The notes under the pieces: model-generated
The model's input: only the letters and a program-made list of their open reading frames with translations
Database searches by the model: none
Told to the model about the DNA's origin: nothing
Made by a program: the position numbers and the translations under genes
Shown: positions 21,294-28,949 of the stretch, piece by piece
Layout of the letters: each line of letters begins with the position of its first letter
Numbering within the stretch: the first letter of the stretch is position 1
DNA from: a virus
DNA length: 38,806 bases
Strand: one strand, 5' to 3'
IMG/VR virus record: IMGVR_UViG_3300029578_000027

Positions 21294-21362
21294 GGGTTCC
21301 CCAGACTTGCAGAGCGCGTTCCCGCGTGGGTGTTGCCATCTTCTGGCCCTCCTCTCAATAGT

Positions 21363-21764
21363 TTAGCCCGTCCAGTCGGAGCGTTTCTCCCGGACGTCAA
21401 TGTGGGTAAAGCCCTTCTTGGCGTAGACGCCCACGCCACCCCAATCGGGCATCAGTGTCCGGGCGAACGCCGCCACCGTCTCCGGCTTCTGGCCGCTGAC
21501 GGAAATATCCGCCGCCATGCCATAGCAGTGCTGGCTGTGGGCCGCGCCGTTCACTTTCGCGTTGTGCTGCGGCGTGCGGTAGGCGCTGTGAATGACCACC
21601 GGAGCGCCGAAGTGGGCGCGGATGGTTTCCAGCACCATTACCAGCCGGGGCGCGACCAAAACCGCGTCGCTGCCGTCTCCACACGCAAACTCCCGCACCT
21701 TAAAATGCGCAGAAAGCTGCTTGCCCCCGGAGGCGGCTTTGCTGTAAGCGTGGATCTCAACCAT
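21363..21764 (-). CDS. Peptidase M15A-type (zinc D-Ala-D-Ala carboxypeptidase-like) endolysin
   Basis: Zn ligand pattern SAYRTPQHN ... HCYGMAADI ... THIDV. Located in the lysis cassette. Confidence 0.8.
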   Translation of the reverse strand: MVEIHAYSKAASGGKQLSAHFKVREFACGDGSDAVLVAPRLVMVLETIRAHFGAPVVIHSAYRTPQHNAKVNGAAHSQHCYGMAADISVSGQKPETVAAFARTLMPDWGGVGVYAKKGFTHIDVREKRSDWTG

Positions 21765-22437
21765 GGTTATCCCCCCAGATCTGATACAGCGCCCGGACCA
21801 TGTCGGCGCGGGTCACGGTCTCCCCGGCGTTGGCGTCCGTTAGCAGGCCGTGAGCCTTGCCCCATACGAGGGATTGATCTTCCGTCTTGGCAGACCGTTC
21901 CCAGAACAGCAGCATGGTAGGCACCTTTCGGGTGCTGACCACCTTCCCGCTGGGGAAAATGCCCTGCGTGGAGCCGCCGCCGTCCAGCATCAGGGCGTCC
22001 ACCACGCCCAGCCCCAGCAGCTTGTTCTGAAGCTGCTCACGGGTCAGGCTGGCCTTGTCGCACCACAGGCATACCTTGCCGTTGGGCATCCAGCCCACCG
22101 CCGTCCGGGCAGCGGGACGGGCCACGTCGGCGGTCAGGCCCCGGTAGAGCTTGGACCCGGCCTTGAGGATGGGCACGCCGGACAAAAACGATCCGCCCCG
22201 GTCCGTCAGCATCTGCGGCTTGCCGTCACTGCCGATGGACACGCCCCAGTCCTGGTATTTGTCCCGGCTGATGACCTTGCCGTCGATCACGCACCAGCCA
22301 ACTGGAATGAAGCGCCCGTTGAACAGATAGCCGTTGATAATGTGGGTGCAGCCGGTCTTGGCCTTGATCTGCGCCGGGGTCAGCTTGCCGGTGTTGTGGT
22401 AGATCTGCGCTCTCGCGCAGTCGAACGTATCAACCAT
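21757..22437 (-). CDS. Phosphodiester glycosidase (NAGPA/DUF2233) family protein
   Basis: RTAVGWMPNGKVCLWCDKASLTREQLQNKLLGLGVVDALMLDGGGSTQ matches the family core, including LDGGGS. C-terminal ETVTRADMVRALYQIW is weakly SLH-like. Confidence 0.65.
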   Translation of the reverse strand: MVDTFDCARAQIYHNTGKLTPAQIKAKTGCTHIINGYLFNGRFIPVGWCVIDGKVISRDKYQDWGVSIGSDGKPQMLTDRGGSFLSGVPILKAGSKLYRGLTADVARPAARTAVGWMPNGKVCLWCDKASLTREQLQNKLLGLGVVDALMLDGGGSTQGIFPSGKVVSTRKVPTMLLFWERSAKTEDQSLVWGKAHGLLTDANAGETVTRADMVRALYQIWGDNHG

Positions 22438-22756
22438 TGACTCTCACAGCCTTTTCAGGATGACCGCCCTCGTCCCACGTAATATCGTAGGTGCCCTCCG
22501 GGGTCTCCGCCCGCACGGTCTGACCGGCCTTCGCGACATCGTACCGCATATAGTCATGCAGGTGCTTCACGTCCTCCGGCTGGGTTTCTGCGGGGATGAA
22601 GCCCTCTTTCATCTCCTGCTCCGTCCAGTTGGCCACGCCGCCGTCGGAATTCAGGTGGAAGTTGGCACCGGCCTCCTTCAGCTCTGCGTTGATGGTCTCC
22701 ACGGCCTTGCCGTTCTTCTTGCCCTCGCTGATGATGTTCTCGTAGATCTTTTCCAT
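22430..22756 (-). CDS. Hypothetical lysis-cassette protein
   Basis: ATG 22756 is preceded by GAAAGGGG. Lies between the holin and the enzymes. Confidence 0.55.
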   Translation of the reverse strand: MEKIYENIISEGKKNGKAVETINAELKEAGANFHLNSDGGVANWTEQEMKEGFIPAETQPEDVKHLHDYMRYDVAKAGQTVRAETPEGTYDITWDEGGHPEKAVRVNG

Positions 22757-22800
22757 GGTATGTACCCCTTTCAAATTTTCGGTTGAGTGTTCAACCGGTT

Positions 22801-22992
22801 TCAACCGTTTTTGTCCTCGGCTACCCGCTGGGTGCCGAAGTAGAATGCGATGACCGTGGTGAAGATGGTCAAAAACTCCGTCCCGGTAATATCCCCACGC
22901 AGTGCCAGCACCGCGAACACCACCGTCAGCGTGATGGTCACCAGGCTTTTTACCGCCAGCAGATTGCCCAGCCGTTTCTTGATGTTTTCCAT
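22801..22992 (-). CDS. Holin (two-TM, 63 aa)
   Basis: Two hydrophobic helices and a charged C-terminus (RVAEDKNG). AAAGGAG RBS. Positioned upstream of the endolysins. Confidence 0.7.
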   Translation of the reverse strand: MENIKKRLGNLLAVKSLVTITLTVVFAVLALRGDITGTEFLTIFTTVIAFYFGTQRVAEDKNG

Positions 22993-23004
22993 AGCGTTCT
23001 CCTT

Positions 23005-23229
23005 TCAGCGTTCACTGATATGCTCCAGATCCTGGATCCGGTGATTGATTACCTTGATCTGTTCCTCGATCACCGGCACCCGCTGGGCGAAGCTGTTGTG
23101 CTCCCGCACCTCGCGGGTCAGCTCGTCTAATTTGGTGTCGGTGATCGCCTGCTGTTTGCCGTTGGCGATGAGCACGCCCATCAGCGTCAGCCCCCCTGTG
23201 ATGAGGGCGCAGATTATCGTCTCCGTCAT
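23005..23229 (-). CDS. N-terminally membrane-anchored coiled-coil protein of the lysis cassette
   Basis: ATG 23229 lies 7 nt after AAGGAG. Encodes MTETIICALITGGLTLMGVLIANG followed by a heptad-like helix. The tracked ORF extends to 23355 through a terminator. Confidence 0.6.
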   Translation of the reverse strand: MTETIICALITGGLTLMGVLIANGKQQAITDTKLDELTREVREHNSFAQRVPVIEEQIKVINHRIQDLEHISER

Positions 23230-23281
23230 AACACACTCCTTAAAAAGTTGCAGTTTTAAGGCGTCTACATGCTTTCCGATC

Positions 23282-23316
23282 AAAAAAAGCCGCCTTGTCA
23301 TCCTTGACAAAGCGGC
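23282..23316 (-). terminator. Strong intrinsic terminator (minus strand)
   Basis: Minus-strand RNA forms a 12-bp stem with an AGGA loop (GCCGCUUUGUCA-AGGA-UGACAAGGCGGC), followed by UUUUUUU. Confidence 0.8.
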
Positions 23317-23332
23317 GTGGGCATGTATATAA
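23304..23332 (+). promoter_or_regulatory. Consensus sigma-A promoter on the plus strand (antisense RNA promoter)
   Basis: TTGACA (23304-23309), a 17-nt spacer, then TGtTATAAT (23324-23332). No plus-strand ORF follows. Confidence 0.75.
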
Positions 23333-23339
23333 TAGGGCC

Positions 23340-23436
23340 AGTAAGGACGGCTCACTTTGGTCGGTGCAGGTCGTTCCCCAACAGATTTAGAATCCGTAGA
23401 AAAGCCGCTGCCGATTTAGGTGGCGGTTATTTCTTT
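23340..23436 (+). ncRNA. Candidate antisense sRNA of about 100 nt (type I antitoxin-like)
   Basis: Predicted start is just after the consensus promoter. It would end at a hairpin (23404-23427, 8-9 bp with two G-U pairs valid only on the plus-strand RNA) followed by UUAUUUCUUU. It is complementary to the 3-prime part of the peptide mRNA. Confidence 0.5.
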
Positions 23437-23504
23437 AGGTCAACGCCTAATTTGATAGCCGCAATCACAAGCATAAGTAACGCAATGGTTTCTGCTGTGC
23501 TCAT
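23427..23504 (-). CDS. 25-aa hydrophobic peptide, holin-like toxin / type I toxin candidate
   Basis: MSTAETIALLMLVIAAIKLGVDLKK. ATG 23504 is preceded by AAGGGGGTGA. Has its own promoter. The RBS can pair with an upstream CCCC tract. Confidence 0.55.
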   Translation of the reverse strand: MSTAETIALLMLVIAAIKLGVDLKK

Positions 23505-23557
23505 GCGGTCACCCCCTTTACGGGGAAACAACCGTACCGCTCTTACTGGCGAACCCC

Positions 23558-23586
23558 ATCATACACGATTCGCCTTGCTTTGTCAA
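23558..23586 (-). promoter_or_regulatory. Near-consensus sigma-A promoter for the peptide gene
   Basis: Minus strand reads TTGACA (plus coordinates 23581-23586), a 17-nt spacer, then TATGAT (23558-23563). Confidence 0.7.
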
Positions 23587-23594
23587 TTTTCTGC

Positions 23595-23620
23595 GCCGCC
23601 CACTGGGCGGCTCTTTTGTT
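23595..23620 (+). terminator. Hairpin GCCGCCC-ACT-GGGCGGC followed by TCTTTTGTT (plus-strand orientation)
   Basis: 7-bp GC stem at 23595-23611. The T-run is present only on the plus strand. Confidence 0.5.
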
Positions 23621-23780
23621 ACTCCACCTTCGCCGTGCCCCCAAACTCCGCAGGCACCAGCTCCGGCAGACCGCACTCGTTGATTAGGATTTCCGCCACC
23701 TGCTGCTTCAGCTTCGCGGGGACCTTCTCAAACTCGGTCTTCCCCAGAATCACTCTTTGCGCAAACAACATAGCCATCAT
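23619..23780 (-). CDS. Hypothetical 53-aa tail-fibre-module protein
   Basis: ATG 23780 lies 8 nt after AAAGGAG. Encodes MMAMLFAQRVILGKTEFEKVPAKLKQQVAEILINECGLPELVP. Confidence 0.5.
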   Translation of the reverse strand: MMAMLFAQRVILGKTEFEKVPAKLKQQVAEILINECGLPELVPAEFGGTAKVE

Positions 23781-23838
23781 GTCTCTTGCTCCTTTCGATA
23801 GTAAAAAATATAGGGTCAGGGCGGCCTCCGCCCAGAAC

Positions 23839-24180
23839 TCACGCATAGACGATCGCCGCCATCTCGGCGATGCACTCCTCGTAAAACTCCGCCTGATCCG
23901 CCTGAGCGCTCACCTGCTCCCGCAGCAGCTTGTTTTCGTTTTCCAGCTTCGCCACCCGCTCGTCCGTGGTGGGAGGCTCCGGCTTCGGGTCTGGTGCCGC
24001 ACCGGCAGTCATGTTGACCACTACGCCGTCCTCTGCCTTAATCTCAACAAAAGGAAACGTCTTCGGGATCTCCATCCACTCCGGGACTGCCGCCCAGCCA
24101 TTCGGAACGGGCAATAGCCCACTGGTGGTTTGATTGCGGTGAGCTCCGTTTTTCAACGGTGCAAGTTCAATGATAATCAT
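23839..24180 (-). CDS. Hypothetical tail-fibre-associated protein (113 aa)
   Basis: Clean ORF directly downstream of the fibre gene, with a coiled-coil C-terminus. Confidence 0.55.
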   Translation of the reverse strand: MIIIELAPLKNGAHRNQTTSGLLPVPNGWAAVPEWMEIPKTFPFVEIKAEDGVVVNMTAGAAPDPKPEPPTTDERVAKLENENKLLREQVSAQADQAEFYEECIAEMAAIVYA

Positions 24181-24192
24181 TTTGTTTCTCCT

Positions 24193-25137
24193 TTATCCGA
24201 TAGCAACGTAGTAATAAGTGGTTCCAGATTCATTGCACTGGTTTGTTGCCGACCTCGAACTATGCCAGTATAGTGTCTTGTCCTGTAACGTAAATAGTTT
24301 ATCAGAGGTATACCCCGGCTGGCCAATGTATATAAAAGTAGCTTGGCTCCCTAACCCTGTAAGTGTTTCCTTCATCACAATGACGATTTTAGGTACAAAA
24401 TTAAATGTCAAACTGTTTTGATTATCCGAAGTGTATACGCCAGAGCCTACGTAGGTTCCAGTCTGTATTTGCAACTTGTCGCCTATCTTTCCCAGCGCAT
24501 CATACTGAATGCCACCTACAACGCCGCTAGGATACGCATCAGCATTCGGAGAATTGAGATACTGTGCAGGGCCTAAAGTGAACTCCGAGTATTGTGCATA
24601 TCCTTCAAAAATAGCATCGTAGGGTGGGTCGCGTTTAGTAACTCGATAGAAGGTATTTACGGGCCACGAATCCTCGACATATGGATAAAGCATGTATTTT
24701 CCAATAACCTTGTCCCATTCAACGGATCCATTGGACTGATTTACAATTTTGTGCTCTCCAACCCCCACAATTTTTTTGTTAGTCAAATCTAGCTGCACTG
24801 AGTCGTAATAATAAAACGTATCATCTTCTGGCATTCTCCCTAACGAGCTAGGTTCAGTGGCCTCTTTGAGTACGCCGGAAATTGATTGCTTTCGCCATAA
24901 ATAATCATCGCCCAGATGTGTGTGCAATCGAGAAAGTATTTGCAAAACATCATCCGGAAATGAATCGGCCCCGAGTCCAAAAGATTCCGCTGTTTTGTCT
25001 TTGAGCAAACTCGCCTTGTTCAAATGCGTGCCTTCCTGCGTCGGCTGGTCAGCGCGGACCAGGTCGAAGGTGTTTTCCTGCCCGGGCACCGGCGTCAGCT
25101 TTACCCGGCCCGGATACAAAGATACTCTGTCTTGCAT
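24193..25137 (-). CDS. Tail fibre / receptor-binding protein
   Basis: Conserved phage-fibre N-terminus MQDRVSLYPGRVKLTPVPGQENTFDLVRADQPTQEGTHLNKASLL. The C-terminal two thirds are visibly lower in GC. Confidence 0.7.
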   Translation of the reverse strand: MQDRVSLYPGRVKLTPVPGQENTFDLVRADQPTQEGTHLNKASLLKDKTAESFGLGADSFPDDVLQILSRLHTHLGDDYLWRKQSISGVLKEATEPSSLGRMPEDDTFYYYDSVQLDLTNKKIVGVGEHKIVNQSNGSVEWDKVIGKYMLYPYVEDSWPVNTFYRVTKRDPPYDAIFEGYAQYSEFTLGPAQYLNSPNADAYPSGVVGGIQYDALGKIGDKLQIQTGTYVGSGVYTSDNQNSLTFNFVPKIVIVMKETLTGLGSQATFIYIGQPGYTSDKLFTLQDKTLYWHSSRSATNQCNESGTTYYYVAIG

Positions 25138-25149
25138 ACCATTCTCCTT

Positions 25150-25764
25150 TCACACTTCTCCGGCGTACAGCTCGCCGGAGAAGTACCACGATTTTATGAG
25201 TTTGTTGATCAGCGCATCAAGGTCAAGCAAGATCTGCTCGATGTTGTTGGCCCGGATGTAGTCCAGCTGCCGGATCGTCTCCGGCGTTTCCGGCGTGGAC
25301 TGCATCACTGCGATCTGCCGCCGCAGGGTGGCAATGTTCTGCCGGTACGTCTCCATCTGGCTGGCCGTTGGTGTGTCCGATTCGGACCAGTCCTTTTTCA
25401 CGCTTACCGGGCAATCATAGCCAAGCGCCTGGAACCGTCCCGCTACATACTCAACCGCCGCACCTACCCGGTTGAGGTCCGTGGCGTTGTAAAACCCCTT
25501 CGCAGTCTTGTTCGCCACATCCATCGCCGTCCGGTCTGTAACGAGAGTCAGTAGCCCGTAGTAGAGCGTCAGGTCAAAGTTGGTGCTTGTCCCCGCCGCA
25601 TTGGCGGCGGTGAGGGCAACGTGATAGGTATCATCCACTGCCCGGTCCACCGTAGCCGTCCACGCCCCCTCGATCAGCGTCCATGTGTAGGCCGTCCCGT
25701 TGACGGTGCCCGTCACATAAATGATCTCAGAGGGCAGCGTGACGCTTAAAACCTGCGTGCTCAT
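25150..25764 (-). CDS. Tail fibre component (204 aa)
   Basis: YNATDLNRVGAAVEYV...LDYIRANNIEQILLDLD...SWYFSGELYAGEV is a pattern seen in Clostridia prophage fibre proteins. Confidence 0.6.
   Translation of the reverse strand: MSTQVLSVTLPSEIIYVTGTVNGTAYTWTLIEGAWTATVDRAVDDTYHVALTAANAAGTSTNFDLTLYYGLLTLVTDRTAMDVANKTAKGFYNATDLNRVGAAVEYVAGRFQALGYDCPVSVKKDWSESDTPTASQMETYRQNIATLRRQIAVMQSTPETPETIRQLDYIRANNIEQILLDLDALINKLIKSWYFSGELYAGEV
25375..25387. repeat. Dispersed palindrome copy 6, GTCCGATTCGGAC
   Basis: Perfect 13-mer inside the fibre component gene (read as SESD). Confidence 0.95.
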
Positions 25765-26663
25765 ACGATCTCTACCGCGATCACCATCGACTTGCCCGCG
25801 TCAACTGGGTTGGGCGTGATGGTGGCCGACTTGATGACCGGCACGGAGGTGTCCAGCGTCACCGTCCGGGAGACCGTGGTCTTCTGGCCCGCCGCGTCCT
25901 TGGCCGTCACCACAATGGTGTTGCTGCCCTCCCGCAGCGTCACCGACTTGGTAAAACTGCCGTTGGAGGCCACCGTCACCGCGCCCTGATCCACGCCGTT
26001 GAGGGTGATGCTGATGGTCACGGGGCTGCTGGTGGCATCGTTGGTGGTTCCCGCCACTGTCTGGGCCGGGGATGCCGTGATGAGGCCCGCCACGGGTGCC
26101 GTGATGTTAAGGGTGGGCGGTACGGTGTCCACCTTGAAGGTGGTGGTCTTCTGCGCCGCCGCGTTGCCGTCATGGTCACGGCAGTCCACCGTGACGGTGT
26201 GACTGCCGTCCTTGAGGGCCGTGGCCGGTGTGTACGTCACCTGGTAGCCGTTGGCGATGGCCGTGGAGGTAATGGCGGAGGACGCCACCGCCACGCCGTC
26301 CTGCTTGACCACCAGCGTGGACAGATCCACGCCGGAGCCGTCCGCCTCGTCCACAACGGTAAAGACCACTGGCTGCTTGCTGTTGCTGACGTATGCGCCG
26401 GTAGACGGCGAAATAATGGTGATGACGGGAGCCACCCGCTCTTTCACCACCAGTTTCAGCCCCGCCATAGTGGAGGCGTCCGCCGTGCCGACCGTCCCGG
26501 CCTCGTTGGTGGCCTTGACCTGTACGTTGTAGTAGCCGTCGGGCTGGTTGAAGGACGTTTTTCCCGGCGCTGTGATGGTAGCCTCGTACTTGCCCGTCCC
26601 GCTGTTGAGGGTCAGGGTGTACGATTGGCCGTTGATAATTGCCTGTACTGTTTTGATCGCCAT
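25761..26663 (-). CDS. Ig-like (Big-type) repeat tail protein
   Basis: Repeated about 90-aa beta-sandwich-like segments rich in T/V/A/G (VTVDCRDHDGNAA, VTAKDAAGQKTT). Confidence 0.65.
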   Translation of the reverse strand: MAIKTVQAIINGQSYTLTLNSGTGKYEATITAPGKTSFNQPDGYYNVQVKATNEAGTVGTADASTMAGLKLVVKERVAPVITIISPSTGAYVSNSKQPVVFTVVDEADGSGVDLSTLVVKQDGVAVASSAITSTAIANGYQVTYTPATALKDGSHTVTVDCRDHDGNAAAQKTTTFKVDTVPPTLNITAPVAGLITASPAQTVAGTTNDATSSPVTISITLNGVDQGAVTVASNGSFTKSVTLREGSNTIVVTAKDAAGQKTTVSRTVTLDTSVPVIKSATITPNPVDAGKSMVIAVEIV

Positions 26664-26664
26664 G

Positions 26665-26832
26665 TTAAACCTCCCCGGCGTAGATCTCGCCGGAATACCA
26701 GATCTCCGGCTCTAAAACAATGGTTTCCTCTGTGACCGTTACTGTCAGCTTTGTTTTTGCGTTGATGTCCACAGGATTTGGCGTAAAGTTCACTGATGTG
26801 ATTTTAGGAAGGAGCATTGTGTAATCACTCAT
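26665..26832 (-). CDS. 55-aa protein: one Ig-like strand set plus the WYSGEIYAGEV tail motif
   Basis: ATG 26832 lies 4 nt after AAGGAGG and forms an ATGA overlap with the upstream stop. Encodes MSDYTMLLPKITSVNFTPNPVDINAKTKLTVTVTEETIVLEPEIWYSGEIYAGEV. Below the ORF-track cutoff. Confidence 0.5.
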   Translation of the reverse strand: MSDYTMLLPKITSVNFTPNPVDINAKTKLTVTVTEETIVLEPEIWYSGEIYAGEV

Positions 26833-28949
26833 GCTTCCTCCTTATCCCAATAGACCACCGCGCAGCCGGAAGCGCCCATCGCGCCATCCGCACCAACGCC
26901 AGGATAACTGTAGATTTTCCAATAGCTGTGAGAAAAACCACCTTCATCTTCCCACGTTATTTTTTGCCGCCGCCCCTGCGTGCCGCCGATGCCCTTCGCC
27001 CCGCCGTCTCCGGTTCCCGCTCTGGGCTTTGCCACGCCCGTCCGGGCGAAGCTGTCGCCGCTGGCCACGTCTGTGTAGCCGTTATCGTAGCGCTTGCCGT
27101 TGGCGGAGGAGTACGCGCCGAAGGTGGTGTCCTCGCCGAAGGCCACTGGAAACTCTTGCCCATCGTTAATGTTGATGGTTGCGGCCCATACCAGACCGCC
27201 CAGACCGTCCACGCCGTCCGCACCGGCAGCGTCCCATGTGCCATCCTGTCCGCGGGTGCCGTCGCCGCCCTTGCTCACGAGGATGACCCGCAGAGACTTT
27301 TTCCCCGCCGGGGCCTTCCATGTGCCGGGTGTGGTGATGATCTCCCGCCCTTGATACAGAAAGCTGCCGTCTGCCTGTAGCAGCTGGCTCTGGCAGCCCT
27401 GCATGACGCCATTGGAAAACTGGAACGTCTGCATAGTCAGCCGCGCCGTGGTGGCCTGACTTTCGTCCAGCCACACTGTCTCCACGTCCCCAATCTCGGA
27501 GGACGGATCGCCCCGGCCCGTCAGATCCAGCACGTTACCGCCGTAGGTGGAGAGAATGAGCCGCGCCGCCGCCAGCGCCTGCGCCTCAGTTTTAATGAAC
27601 GGATTGTCGATGCTCACCGTCTCACTGGACGATGTGGCATTGCCGGACACGATGTATTTCGTACCCGACCCATCGTTTAGGGTAAAGATCAGCGCCGCCA
27701 CGTCCCCGTTGGCCTTCATAACCGGGTAGCCGTTGAGGTTGTCCAGTGTCACTTTGTTGCCCTCGCTCCAAAGCGGCTCAGCGGTTAGGTCTCCAGTGGA
27801 GGCGTCCGCCCGGGGCCATGTGCCCGTGGCCTGACACACCCAGCGGAGAATGTCCCCGCACTTCTTTCCCTGCACATTCTCTGCCGTCCGCACCGTCACC
27901 GGCAGGGCCGTGTAGTTGGGGTCCACGTGCCAGCGATCCTTGAAATTCACGCCCAGCTGCGCCGCCAGCGCCCCGATCCACCCGCCCAGCGTAGTGGGGA
28001 AGGTGGCAGGTGCCAGAAATTCCCGGTTTGCCAGCAGGCCGATAATGTCCACCAGATTCCACTGCATCGTCAGGCCGTTGTCGCCGGTTTTCCAGCCGCC
28101 GGAGTACTGGTAGAAGATCCCCAGCCGCTTGTACTCGTCCGTGCCGTCCGCCAGCCGGACGCCCAGCGAGACGTCAATCCCCTGCCGCTCCTCGATGGAC
28201 TGAAACAGTCCGTTTTTCTTTCGTGGCTCAAACCGCCGGGAGAGGTTGTCGATCTTGAGGATGCACGTGCCATACGGCAGCGCCGTGGCTGCGATGTTGC
28301 CCTGCTGCTTCACGCTGAACTCCGCAATCATACCGCCGTCCCAGCCCTCGTACACGCCGGGGACGATCTCCACCACCCGCATCCGCCGACCGGGCCGGGA
28401 CCATTTGGTCACCGTCACCCGGATGGCGTCCGGATTGTTGACCGTGAAGCCCTCCAGCGATACGGAGGATGCCGTGTTGCCGGTGTACGTCCGCGTGTGG
28501 TATGCCGTACCGCCCTGCTTGACCTCCACCGTAAAATCCTCCGGAAGCCCGTCATAGTCATTGCCCGGGAAATATACCGAGCACGCCTGCAAGACAGACA
28601 CGCCGGAGAATTGCAGCTCCACCCACGGCGGCGTGGAAAACGTCCCGTCCGTGCTGGAAAGAACGTTGCCAATGTAGCCCATCTGGCCCACCGCCTGAGT
28701 GGGATCGTCCGGGAGAAGGTCCCACGTCCCGTCCAGCGCCCACCGATCACGCTCTAACGTAGCGTACTTGGCGGGATTTCCAAAAACCTTATTGTGGAGC
28801 TGCTCCGGCTTGCTCCACGGAATCTGCCCGGAGGCCTCCCCGGCGCCAAACACGATGTCCGGGGAAATGATGTCAATGACCGCCCGCAGCAGCACCCGCC
28901 GCGCGTCTCCTGTGATCGCCGCATGATACGCCTGCCCGCTTTTAATCAT
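26829..28949 (-). CDS. Tail tip / tail-associated lysin-like protein with Gly-rich C-terminal domain
   Basis: 706 aa, directly after the small tail protein and the tape measure. C-terminus GGDGTRGQDGTWDAAGADGVDGLGG...GTGDGGAKGIGG. Confidence 0.7.
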   Translation of the reverse strand: MIKSGQAYHAAITGDARRVLLRAVIDIISPDIVFGAGEASGQIPWSKPEQLHNKVFGNPAKYATLERDRWALDGTWDLLPDDPTQAVGQMGYIGNVLSSTDGTFSTPPWVELQFSGVSVLQACSVYFPGNDYDGLPEDFTVEVKQGGTAYHTRTYTGNTASSVSLEGFTVNNPDAIRVTVTKWSRPGRRMRVVEIVPGVYEGWDGGMIAEFSVKQQGNIAATALPYGTCILKIDNLSRRFEPRKKNGLFQSIEERQGIDVSLGVRLADGTDEYKRLGIFYQYSGGWKTGDNGLTMQWNLVDIIGLLANREFLAPATFPTTLGGWIGALAAQLGVNFKDRWHVDPNYTALPVTVRTAENVQGKKCGDILRWVCQATGTWPRADASTGDLTAEPLWSEGNKVTLDNLNGYPVMKANGDVAALIFTLNDGSGTKYIVSGNATSSSETVSIDNPFIKTEAQALAAARLILSTYGGNVLDLTGRGDPSSEIGDVETVWLDESQATTARLTMQTFQFSNGVMQGCQSQLLQADGSFLYQGREIITTPGTWKAPAGKKSLRVILVSKGGDGTRGQDGTWDAAGADGVDGLGGLVWAATININDGQEFPVAFGEDTTFGAYSSANGKRYDNGYTDVASGDSFARTGVAKPRAGTGDGGAKGIGGTQGRRQKITWEDEGGFSHSYWKIYSYPGVGADGAMGASGCAVVYWDKEEA

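Noticed and set aside
23005-23355. XhlA-type haemolysin call and the 116-aa tracked ORF
   Set aside because: XhlA proteins have the coiled coil first and the TM helix last, and here the order is reversed. The tracked N-terminal extension runs through a strong terminator, whereas ATG 23229 has a proper AAGGAG. The gene is kept as a 74-aa membrane-anchored coiled-coil protein.
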